The notes under the pieces were generated by a model that worked only from the letters and a program-made list of their open reading frames with translations, had not been told where the DNA came from and ran no database searches. Shown here piece by piece: positions 25,091 to 35,198 of a stretch of 64,000 nucleotides of DNA. Location: contig CAVVVF010000010.1 of the NCBI GenBank assembly GCA_963751665.1, positions 42,752-106,751 on the forward strand, read 5' to 3'. Within the stretch, counting starts at the first letter, position 1, and each line of letters opens with the position of its first letter. The DNA is from an uncultured Actinomycetes bacterium (lineage in GTDB: Bacteria; Actinomycetota; UBA4738; HRBIN12). The translations under genes and the position numbers were made by a program.

Positions 25091-25219
25091 GTTCTGGAGG
25101 CAGTCCCGAGGCAGTACGCCACCCGGTGCGAAGCAGCGCTACATGACACTCCTGGGATTCCTGTGGTGGTCCTGACCTGTGAGAGCGCCAATATCCGCTG
25201 GTAGACGAAGCGTTCGGCA

Positions 25220-25266
25220 TGTCTTGTAGACAGCAGGTCGTCGGTTCGAATCCGACCGCAGCTCCA
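25220..25266 (+). repeat. partial tRNA-Thr copy (anticodon arm to 3' end, with encoded CCA); attR-like
   Basis: It matches 23884..23928 with 1 mismatch and 1 indel. No acceptor 5' strand or D arm lies upstream. Confidence 0.75.
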
Positions 25267-25323
25267 GCCGGACCGATCCTTTCCGGGTAAAGCTCCGCCG
25301 GCCGGGGAGCCGATGACCTGACC

Positions 25324-26271
25324 ATGCGGAACCGGCTGGCGCTCGGCTGTCTGATGGGATCACTCCTCGTGGGCGGGCTTCCGTCCACGGCGCGAGCCCA
25401 GGTCGGAGCGCTCGGCCCGGTCCCCGACACGAGTTGCACGGTCTTCCCCGCCGACAACATCTGGAATACCCGTGTGGACGCGCTGCCCGTGCATCCCAAG
25501 AGCGCCGTGTGGCTGGCCTCGATGCAGGCGGGCTCGACGAACCTCCACCCCGACTTCGGGCCGCCGAGCTACGGCATGCCGTTCGACATCGTGTCGAACC
25601 GGCATCGTCTCGTTCGCATCAAGTTCCGGTACGCGAGCGAGAGCGACCGGGTCCGCTACCCGTTCGGGCCGAGGACCCCCATCGAGAACGGGTCGGACCG
25701 CCACGCCCTCCTCGTGAACAGGAGCACCTGCACGCTGTACGAGCTGTTCGATGCCGATTGGAACCACGGGAACCCCACGGCCGGGAGCGGCGCAGTGTTC
25801 GACCTGTCCTCGAACGCACTTCGGCCGGACGGATGGACCTCCGCCGACGCGGCCGGTCTCCCCATCCTCCCCGGACTGGTCCGGTTCGACGAGGTCAAGG
25901 CGGGAGCGATCGGGCACGCCATCCGGTTCACCGCGCAGTGCACGCGGAACCGGCACCTGTGGCCGGCCCGGCACGACGCGGGAACGTCCGACCGACGGTG
26001 TCCGCCCATGGGTGCCCGGTTCCGCCTGACGGCCGGCTTCGACCTATCCGGGTTCAGCCCCGAGGTCCGGGTCGTGCTCCGGGCCATGAAGCGGTACGGG
26101 CTGATCCTGGCCGACAACGGTTCGGACTGGTACTTCCAGGGGACCCGCGACCGGCGGTGGCGGAACGCCCTGCTCGACCAACTGAAGACCGTGCCGGCGT
26201 CCGCGTTCGAAGCGGTGGACGTCTCGTCCTGCATGGTCGATGCGGGCAGCGCCCGGGCGAGCTGTCCGTAG
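25324..26271 (+). CDS. secreted protein of unknown function
   Basis: Signal peptide ...GGLPSTARAQV. The 315-aa ORF has normal composition. Confidence 0.6.
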   Translation: MRNRLALGCLMGSLLVGGLPSTARAQVGALGPVPDTSCTVFPADNIWNTRVDALPVHPKSAVWLASMQAGSTNLHPDFGPPSYGMPFDIVSNRHRLVRIKFRYASESDRVRYPFGPRTPIENGSDRHALLVNRSTCTLYELFDADWNHGNPTAGSGAVFDLSSNALRPDGWTSADAAGLPILPGLVRFDEVKAGAIGHAIRFTAQCTRNRHLWPARHDAGTSDRRCPPMGARFRLTAGFDLSGFSPEVRVVLRAMKRYGLILADNGSDWYFQGTRDRRWRNALLDQLKTVPASAFEAVDVSSCMVDAGSARASCP

Positions 26272-26419
26272 CTCCCTCCGGCCGGGGCGAGATCCTTGCT
26301 CTCTTTGTGACAACGCCGTCCGGACGAGAACCCGCGCAGCGGTTCGGTCGAATATCTCAGCGGAACCAAACGGGACGCCGGAGAGGGCCGGGCGATACAT
26401 CCTCGAGGAGGCGTCCAGC

Positions 26420-28284
26420 ATGAGCACCAATCGCTCCGCCATCGTGTCCTCCGTCGTCGTCCTGGCGATCGTGGCTACTGCGTGCGGCACGAACACCTCG
26501 AAGTCGACCGGCTCCGGCGGGCAGGTCCGTCGGGGAGGGGTCTACCGGACGGCCATCTCGAGCTTCGGGTTCACCGGCGGCTTCGATCCGACCGGCGAGT
26601 ACCTCGGCCTGGCGTGGGACTTCTACGGCGCCATGCTCCGAACGCTCGTCACCTATCGCCACGTGGCCGGCCCGGCCGGCAACGTCCTGGTCCCCGACCT
26701 GGCCACCGTCGGTGCCGCAGCCCACCGATGGCGGGCTCACGTACACGTTCCACTTGAGGCCGGGCATCGAGTTCGGCCCGCCGGTGTCCCGGCCCATCAC
26801 GTCGCAGGACATCGCGTACGCCTTCGAGCGGATCGACTCCAGGCCCGAGGTGGCCCAGTACGCGTTCTACTTCGACGGCGTAGTCCAGGGCATGAGCCAG
26901 CACGGTGGCCCGCCCGCGCCGATCTCGGGCATCGACACCCCGGACGACGAGCACGATCGTCTTCCACCTCACGAAGCCGACCGGGGATTTCCTCTACCGG
27001 CTGGCGCTGCCGGCCACCGCGCCCATCCCGCACGAGGTCGGCGGGGTGCTTCCCGACGGGCGGCGGGTACGGGCGCGACGTGGTCTCGTCGGGCCCCTAC
27101 ATGATCCAGGGCAGCCCAAGACGTCGACATCTCATCCTGCAAGGCCATCACGCCGATGTCCGGGTTCGATCCCACGACGCACCTCACCCTGGTCCGCAAC
27201 CCGAACTACCACCAGGCGACCGACAGCACGAGCGACCGGTCGAACCTCGTCAACGGCATCTCGGTGATCGTCGACTCGAACGTGACCGACATCTTCGAGA
27301 AGGTCCAGAATGGGTCGCTCGATGGCTCGCTGGCCGACACGCCGCCTGCCGGCGATCGGGCAGCAATATCTGACGAATTCTTCGCTCCGGCCCGACTACC
27401 ACGCAGACTCGGGTGACCGGACCTGGTTCATCACGATGAACCTCTCGACCCCGCCATTCGACGATATCCACGTCCGCGAGGCCGTGAACGACATCATCGA
27501 CAAGGCCGGGTTGCTGAAGGCGTGGGGAGGCCCCACGCACGGCCAGATCGCCACCCATGTCATGCCGCCGACGATCCTCGACAACCAGCTGACGAGCAGC
27601 TTCGACCCGTACGCCACGCCCGGTGAGGCAGGCGTCCCTCACGCTCGCCAAGCAGCAGATGATGCTGTCGAAGTACGACCCCAAGCACGACGGGATGTGC
27701 GACGTCGCTGCGTGCCAGGGTCTGGTGATGACCAATCGGAACTACGCGCCTTGGACGGACATGGAATCCAGTCGTGGCCCAGGACCTGGGCAAGATCGGC
27801 ATCGGGGTCGTCCCCCGCGAGCTGGATACCGGCGCCGCCTACCAGACCATCCAGACCGTCAGGAACGAGATCCCGCATCGCGCTGAACGCCGGATGGGGG
27901 AAGGACTATGCGGATCCGTACACGTTCGCGGAACCGCTGTTCTCGAGCTCCTCGATCATCCCCTCGGGAAACGTCAACTACTCGCTGGTCGGCCTGACCC
28001 GGTCTCAAGCCTCGAGCTATGGGGATCGCCTACCCCGCCGGCGGCGTGCCGAGCGTCGACGGCATGATCAACCAGTGCGAAGGGATGGCCGGCCAGCCCC
28101 GTCTGAGCCTGCTGGGTGACCTTCGACAAGAACGTGATGACGAACGTGGTGCCGTGGGTCCCGTACCTGTGGGCGACCAACATAACGATCACGGCGCCGT
28201 CGGTGACCAGATACGAGTTCGACCAGTTCTCGGGCTACGTCTCGCTGACCCAGATCGCCGTGAACAACAAGGCAACGGTATGAG
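26420..28284 (+). pseudogene. ABC transporter substrate-binding protein (peptide/nickel family 5 type), shattered by about 10 frame breaks
   Basis: Lipoprotein signal VVVLAIVATAC. Family-like segments (LTYTFHLRPGIEFGPP, TIVFHLTKPTGDFLYRLA, HLTLVRNPNYH, WFITMNLSTPPFDDIHVREAV, IALNAGWGKDYADPYTF) follow each other in alternating frames. Confidence 0.75.
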
Positions 28285-28331
28285 CGCTGGAACCGGGACC
28301 AAGTTCTCGAAGAACGAAAAGGACGAAGCAC

Positions 28332-28700
28332 ATGATGAGCAGCCGCTCGTCGTCGGTGCGCTGGGCGCTGGTCGTGGTCGCGCTGTTCGGGGTGCTCGCC
28401 GTGGCGTGCTCCAAGCAGGCCAGTGCCCGGACCGGAGGCACCGTGACCGTCCGAGAGGGACCGGGAAACGGATACACCTTCGCCCCCTCGACGGTCACAG
28501 TGAACCGAGGTCAGACGATCACCGTGGACAACGTGAGCCAGATCCCCCACACCTTCACGGTTACCGGCCGCGGGATCGACGTCGAGACCCAGCCCGGCCA
28601 GGCCTCGCGGATCACGGTCGAACTGTCTCCGGGGACCTACCCGTTCATCTGCCGGTTCCACGCGTCGCTCGGCATGAAGGGCACGCTGGTCGTGAGATAG
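28332..28700 (+). CDS. cupredoxin (plastocyanin/azurin-like) lipoprotein
   Basis: Lipobox LAVAC. Candidate type-1 Cu ligands are H (IPHTF), C-x2-H (FICRFH) and M (LGM). Confidence 0.75.
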   Translation: MMSSRSSSVRWALVVVALFGVLAVACSKQASARTGGTVTVREGPGNGYTFAPSTVTVNRGQTITVDNVSQIPHTFTVTGRGIDVETQPGQASRITVELSPGTYPFICRFHASLGMKGTLVVR

Positions 28701-28755
28701 GCCCCCACGGGGAGCGGCCCCCGGTCCGCGCCTCGCCCGCCGGTACGATGTCTCC

Positions 28756-31700
28756 GTGAGCGTGACGGACCAGGCCGCGACCGACGAGAGCCCCATCGTC
28801 CAACAGGTCCTGGAGAAGGTCGAGGGCAACGTCCCCCCGGAGCGGGTGGAGGCGGTGCGCGAGTTCGCCCGTCGCTACACGCGCCGCCTGTCCTCCGAGG
28901 ACCTCGCCGGGGTCACGGCCGACGAGCTCCTCGGGCAGGTGCTGGGGGCCTTCCGGCTGGCCGATGGCCGACGATCGCAGGAGGTCGCGGTCCGGGCCTT
29001 CAACCCGACGCTCGGCGAGGACGGCTACCAGACGCTCGGCTCGGTCGTCGAGACCCACACGGAGGACTCGCCGTTCCTGTTCGACTCGGTGAACGAGGAG
29101 CTGCGGGCCCGGGGGCTGTCGGTTCGCCGCGTCTTCCACCCCGTCATGGGGATCAAGCGCGATGCCGACGGCCACATCGAGCGGATCGTGCACGTGCGTG
29201 AGTCCTCCACCCCGGAGTCGGTGATGCACTGGGAGGTGGACCATCGCCTGGAGCGCGCGGAGCTCGTCGAGCTCGAGGATGCCGTTCGGGGCGTGCTGGG
29301 CGACGTGCGGCTGGCGGTCCGGGACTTCCGGACGATGCAGGACCGCCTGGGGCGGATGGTCGTGACCGCGAAGGCCGCGTCGGTGCTGTACAGCGAGGAG
29401 GAGGTCTCGGAGACCGTCGCCTTCCTTGAATGGCTGCTCCAGGACAACTTCGTGTTCCTGGGATACCGCGAGTACGAGCTGATCGATACGGCCGAAGGCC
29501 GTGCGCTGCATGCCGTTCCGGAGTCGGGCCTGGGGATCCTGTCCAAGCCGGGATGGTCCTCCTACGACACGCCGGAGCCGCTGTCGCGGATCGAGCCGAA
29601 CCTGCGCGCCCGGATCGAGGGCGGCGACCTCCTGATCTATTCCAAGACGAACCGACCCTCGACCGTGCACCGGCGGGCCAGGATGGACTACATCGGCGTC
29701 CGACGGGTCTCGCCGGAAGGCCGGATCGTCGGCGAGCTGCGGATGGTCGGCCTGTTCACGTCGAAGGCGTACATGGAGCCGGCCGCCAGGACCCCGGTCC
29801 TTCACCGCAAGCTGAAGCAGATCCTGGAGGCCGAGGACCTCATCGAGGGCTCCCACGACTACAAGACCGTGGTCACGATCTTCGAGAGCTTCCCCAAGGA
29901 CGAGCTGTTCGCCGCGTCCCCCGAGGAGCTCCGGAAGTCCGTCATCGGGCTCCTGCATCTGCAGGAGCAGCGCCAGGTCCGGCTGTTCATCAGGAGGGAC
30001 CTGTACGGGCGGAGCGTGTCGATCCTGGTGGCCCTGCCCCGGGACCGGTTCAACCCCGAGCTCCGCAAGCAGCTCCAGGAGCTGTTCGTCCGGCGGTTCA
30101 AGGGCTCGAGCGTGGACTATCACCTCTCGCTCGGCGAGAGCCAGCTGGCCGGGATCCACTTCACGGTCCACGTCGGCTTCGGCCAGGTGCCCGACGTGTC
30201 CTTCGCCGAGCTGGAGGAGGAGGTCGTCCGCCTGGCGCAGACGTGGGACGACCGGCTCCGCGAGCGCCTGATCGAGATGCACGGGGCGGAGCGCGGCATC
30301 GAGCTGTTCGAGCGATGGGTCCCCCGGTTCCCCGACTACTACAAGTCCTCCACCGACGTGGACCTCGCCGCCTTCGACATCGAGCGGTTCGAGGAGCTCG
30401 AGCAGGGTGGCCAGGCCTTCGTGGTGGGCCTGGTGAACGAGACGCTGGGAAGCGAGACGCTGACCCGCGTCCGCCTGTACAAGGTCGGCGGCAAGATCCA
30501 GCTGTCCGACTTCGTGCCGACGCTGGAAGCCCTGGGACTCCGCGTGGTCGAGGAGGTCCCCACCCATCTCGTCGGCGACGCCGACGAGCGGTTCCTGCAC
30601 GACTTCGGCGTGCTCGGCTCGGACGGCCGCCCCCTCGACGTGGCCGAGTCCGGAGCGCGGATCGCCGAATGCATCTCGGCCGTCTGGCGGGGCGAGGCGG
30701 AGTCGGACTCGCTGAACCGGCTGGTCGTGACCGGGGGGCTGTCCTGGCGCGAGGTCGAGATCCTCCGGGCGTACCGCAAGTACCACCATCGCGTGAACGC
30801 CGGCTTCACCGCCGAGTACAAGAACGACGCGTTCGCCGCGCACCCGCACATCGGGGCCAAGCTGTCCCGGCTGTTCCAGCTGAAGTTCGATCCGGCCCGG
30901 CCGCAGGATCCGGAGGTTGTGGAGGCCCTTCGCGCCGAGATCCTGGCGGACCTGGACGCGGTCAAGTCGCTCGAACAGGACCGGATCCTCCGCAACCACC
31001 TGGGCCTGATCGACGCGACCGTGCGGACGAACGCCTACTTGCCGGGAGCGGAGTCGATCGCCTTCAAGTTCCGCTCGGCCATGGTCCCGGAGATCCCCAA
31101 GCCCATGCCGCTCTTCGAGATCTGGGTGTATTCGACGGAGGTGGAGGCCGTCCACCTCCGCGGTGGCAAGGTGGCGCGGGGCGGCATCCGGTGGTCCGAC
31201 CGTCGGCAGGACTTCCGGACCGAGGTCCTCGGCCTGATGAAGGCCCAGATGGTGAAGAACGCGGTGATCGTGCCGACGGGATCCAAGGGCGGCTTCGTCC
31301 TGAAGCGATCGCCGCAGGATCCCGAGGCGCTCCGCCAGGAGGTCCGCCGCCAATACATCCGGTTCATGCGCGGGCTCCTGGACCTGACCGACAACCTGGC
31401 CGACGGCAAGGTCGTTCACCCCCCCGACGTCGTGGTCCACGACGAGGACGACACGTATCTGGTCGTGGCGGCCGACAAGGGGACCGCCGCGCTGTCCGAC
31501 ACGGCGAACCAGGTGGCGGCGGAGTACGGCTTCTGGCTGGGCGACGCATTCGCCTCCGGGGGCTCGGCCGGCTACGACCACAAGAAGCTCGGCATCACCG
31601 CTCGCGGCGCGTGGGAGTCGGTCAAGCGCCACTTCCGCGAGATGGGGACCGACCCTGAAATCCAGCCCATCACGGTGGTCGGCATCGGCGACATGTCCGG

Positions 31701-33556
31701 CGACGTGTTCGGCAACGGGATGCTGCTCTCCGACCAACTCTGCATGGTGGCGGCGTTCGACCACCGGCACATCTTCATCGACCCCAACCCCAACCCGGCC
31801 GCCGGCTACGCGGAACGAAAGCGCCTGTTCGAGCTCCCCGTCTCGTCCTGGGACGACTACGACCGGTCGAAGATCTCCGACGGAGGCGGCGTGTGGGCCC
31901 GGACGGAGAAGAGCATTCCGCTCTCGCCCGAGGCAAGGGGGGCGCTCGGCGTCGAAGGGGAGGCCCTGACCCCCGACGAGGTCATCAAGGCCATCCTCCG
32001 GGCCCCCGTGGACCTGCTGTGGAACGGCGGGATCGGCACGTACGTGAAGGCCTCGACCGAATCGCACACGGACGTGGGCGACCGGGTGAACGACAACGTG
32101 CGCGTCGATGGGAAGGACCTCCGGTGCCGCGTGGTGGCCGAGGGCGGCAACCTCGGATTCACCCAGCGTGGCCGGATCGACTACGCGTTCGCCGGCGGCC
32201 GGATCAACACCGACTTCATCGACAACTCCGCAGGCGTGGATTGCTCCGACCACGAGGTGAACCTGAAGATCCTCCTCGGCCTGGCGGTGCAGCGAGGCGA
32301 GCTCTCGCTCGAGGATCGGAACGAGCTGTTGCACCGGGTCGAGCCGGACGTCGTCCGGCACGTGATCTACGACAACTTCCTCCAGGCCCAGATCCTGTCG
32401 CAGGAGGTGGACCAGTCCGTCTCGAGGACGGAGGCGTTCGAGGACCTCATGCAGGCGCTGGAAGCCGAAGGGGTCCTGGACCGCGAGCTCGAGGCCCTCC
32501 CGGCCACCGACGAGCTCGGCGAGCGCCGGCGGACGGGGCGCGGCCTGGCCCGGCCCGAGCTCGCCGTGCTCCTGGCCTACGCGAAGGAGGGCCTGGCCGG
32601 TGCGCTGATCGGCTCGACCCTCCCGGACTCTCGGTACCTCGAACAGGACCTGCGGAGCTACTTCCCTCCGCTCGTGGTCGAACGGTTCGGCCACCTGCTC
32701 CCGGAGCACCCGCTGCGCCGCGAGCTCATCGCCACGATCGTGGCGAACGACGTGGTGAACTCCCAAGGGATCACGTTCGTGACGCGCCTTTCGAACGAGA
32801 CCGGCGCTGATGCTGCCGACGTGGTCCGGGCCTACCGGGTTGCGCGTGAAGTCACCGGCGCCGTCGAGCGCTGGTCGGCCATCGAGGCCTTGGTGGGGCG
32901 GGTCGAGCCGTCCATCCTGGACGACCTCCTCGGCGGCGTGGATCGGCTGGTCGAGCTGACATCTCGCTGGTACCTGGCCAACATGCCGGACCGGCTGGGC
33001 CGGGCCATCGATGCCCACCGCGAGCCGTTCCGCCAGCTGTCGGACGCGCTGCCGCAGGTGGTGACCGAGGCCTCGCGCCACGAGCTCGAGCGATACGCCT
33101 GGCGGCTGGTCGACCAGGGGGTGCCCGAGGAGACCGCTCGGCGGCACGCCTTCCAACAGGGCCTGGTGCACGGGCCGAACGTCATCACGGTGGCCGAGCG
33201 GACCGGCAGGCCCGTTCCTGAGGTTGCCCGGGCCTTCTTCCTGGTCGGTGAGGCGCTATTCATCGACTGGCTGGAGGGCAGGCTTGCCGAGCTTCCCGGC
33301 ACCCAGCAAGTGGCACCGGTGGGCGGTGCAGGCCGTCCAGGACGACCTACTGCTGGTCCGCCGGCTGGCAACGGAGAAGGTCCTGGACGAGGCGGGGAAC
33401 CGCCCGGTGGACGATGCCGTGGCAGCTTTCCTCGACAGCCGGTCGGAGGCGCTCGCCCGGCTGTCCAGGTTCATGCGGGCCCTGGCCCTGGAGGGTGCGA
33501 ACGACCTGGCGGCCATGACCGTGGCCCTTCGCCAGGTTCGTTCCCTGGCCGCCTGA
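28756..33556 (+). CDS. gdh: NAD-specific glutamate dehydrogenase, large (~1600 aa) class; one frame break near 33300
   Basis: The size and the catalytic core (VARGGIRWSDR, VPTGSKGGF, GDMSGDVFGNG) match this class. The C-terminus continues in ORF 33224..33556. Confidence 0.9.
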
Positions 33557-33616
33557 GCGGCCGCCCCCAGGCCACCGGGTGCTTGAACCGTCGGCGGGGC
33601 TTGCTAGCCTCCGGAC

Positions 33617-33895
33617 GTGAGCGCCCCGCCCCCCGAGGCCGCCCCGGAGCTCGATCCGCGCCTGCGCCAGGTCCTGGACTTCGAGCGCGAGTGGTGGAAG
33701 CACACCGGCCCCAAGGAACGCCAGATCCGAGAGCGGTTCGGGCTCTCCCTGGCCCGCTATCACCATCTCCTCAACCGAGCGATCGACCGGCCCGAGGCCC
33801 TGGCCTACGACCCCATGCTCGTGCGCAGGCTCCGGCGCCTGCGGGAGAGCCGGCGGCGGAAACGCTTCGCCCGCCAGCTCGGCTTCGAGCTCTAG
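33617..33895 (+). CDS. DUF3263 domain protein
   Basis: FEREWWKHTGPKERQIRERFGLSLARYHHLLNRAID. This family accompanies otsA in actinobacteria. Confidence 0.7.
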   Translation: MSAPPPEAAPELDPRLRQVLDFEREWWKHTGPKERQIRERFGLSLARYHHLLNRAIDRPEALAYDPMLVRRLRRLRESRRRKRFARQLGFEL

Positions 33896-33931
33896 GCCGG
33901 CCTGGGACGGGTCCGAGAGGAACGGGATAGG

Positions 33932-34474
33932 ATGTCCGGCAGGCACGAACCCCCGAGCGACAGGAGCTTCTACTTCTCCTTGGCCACCAGCACACTTCGC
34001 TTCGCCCTCATCGTCGCCCTCGTCGTGGGGGGCGTCGTGTTGATCGATCAGGCCTTCCCCAAGGGCGGGGTCGCTGCGCCCGCTCCCGGGGTGAGCTCGA
34101 GCCCCTCGACGTCCCCCAGCACCAGGCCGTCGTCCTCGCCGTCGGGGACCCCCAGCCCCCAGATCGTCGGCGTCCGCATCGGCGTGTTCAATGGGGCCGG
34201 CGTCACGGGGCTCGCCGCGACCACGGCATCGACGCTCGAGAAGCGGTACGGCTATGTCCCCGCGCAGGTCACCGACGCGCCTTCCCCGGTCGCCGTGACC
34301 ACGATCTACTACCGGACGGCGGAGGACCGGGTTGAGGCCGAGGCCCTGGCGGCGAACTTCTTCACGGGCCTTGACGTCAAGATCTCTCGCTTGCCGGCCA
34401 GCGCGACGAACGTGGAGAAGAAGGTCCAGGTCGCGATCTATCTCGGCAACGACTACGCCAGCGCGCAAGGCTGA
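33932..34474 (+). CDS. LytR C-terminal (LytR_C) domain membrane protein
   Basis: A TM segment, a Ser/Pro linker and VRIGVFNGAGVTGLAATTASTLE. Confidence 0.7.
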   Translation: MSGRHEPPSDRSFYFSLATSTLRFALIVALVVGGVVLIDQAFPKGGVAAPAPGVSSSPSTSPSTRPSSSPSGTPSPQIVGVRIGVFNGAGVTGLAATTASTLEKRYGYVPAQVTDAPSPVAVTTIYYRTAEDRVEAEALAANFFTGLDVKISRLPASATNVEKKVQVAIYLGNDYASAQG

Positions 34475-34493
34475 CCTCCGCCGCTTCCGAGGC

Positions 34494-35198
34494 ATGGCCG
34501 AGGAGGCGGGCGTCTTCCTCGACTTCGACGGATCGCTCTCGGCCATCGTCGCGCGGCCAGAAGAAGCCCGGCCGGTCAGAGGGGCCAGGGAGGCCCTCGC
34601 GTCGTTGGTCGGCCGGTACCGGGTGGTGGCCGTGATCTCCGGCCGCCGCTCCGAGGAGGTCGCCCAACTCCTCGACGTGCCGGGACTGCGGTACTTCGGC
34701 CTCTACGGGATGGAGGAGGCCGCGCCGGAGCTCATGGCGGTAGTGGCGCCCCGGGTCCAGGCGGCCGCCGAGGCCGTTCCCGAGGCCTGGGTGGAGGACA
34801 AGGGCGCATCCATCGCGGTGCACTACCGCCAGGCTCCGGACCCGCCCCGAGCCAGGGCCGAGCTCGTCGCCGCGCTCGAGAAGGTGGCATCCTCCGCCGG
34901 CCTGGAGGTGGTCGAGGGGAAGATGGTCGTCGAGCTCGTCCCTGCGGGCCGGCCCCGCAAGGGAGGGGCGGTGGAGCGCCTTGTCGGCGAGAACCAGCTG
35001 TCGGCTGCGTTGTTCGCCGGGGACGACGTGGCCGACCTCGATGCCTTTCGCGCGTTGGACGGGCTGGCCGAGCAGGGCCTCCTCGCCGTCAAGGTGGCCG
35101 TCCGGGGTGAGGAGACGCCTGGGGAGCTCCTGGAGGCGGCCGACGTGGTGGTGGATGGACCGGAGGGGCTGGTGGAGCTGCTGGGTCAGCTGGCCTGA
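34494..35198 (+). CDS. otsB: trehalose-phosphatase
   Basis: HAD motif I FLDFDGSLS, VISGR and FAGDDVAD motifs. Confidence 0.85.
   Translation: MAEEAGVFLDFDGSLSAIVARPEEARPVRGAREALASLVGRYRVVAVISGRRSEEVAQLLDVPGLRYFGLYGMEEAAPELMAVVAPRVQAAAEAVPEAWVEDKGASIAVHYRQAPDPPRARAELVAALEKVASSAGLEVVEGKMVVELVPAGRPRKGGAVERLVGENQLSAALFAGDDVADLDAFRALDGLAEQGLLAVKVAVRGEETPGELLEAADVVVDGPEGLVELLGQLA

Larger units (their letters stand above)
23929..25219. mobile_element. decayed integrative-element scar between tRNA-Thr and a repeat of its 3' half
   Basis: It is bounded by direct repeats 23884..23928 and 25220..25263. It contains a recombinase-tail-like remnant, a membrane protein and a small HTH gene, but no intact integrase. 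Confidence 0.45.

Noticed and set aside
25150-25266. Second complete tRNA gene
   Set aside because: Only the anticodon arm, variable loop, T arm and 3' acceptor strand are present. No matching 5' acceptor strand or D arm lies upstream.
28645-33171. 1508-aa ORF on the minus strand
   Set aside because: It is antisense to the NAD-glutamate dehydrogenase gene, which has clear catalytic motifs. It is a shadow ORF.
33557-33930. C-terminal extension making the gdh ORF 1724 aa
   Set aside because: It is produced by the frame break near 33300. The extension is Pro/Gly/Arg junk and overlaps the well-formed DUF3263 gene. The true C-terminus is in ORF 33224..33556.
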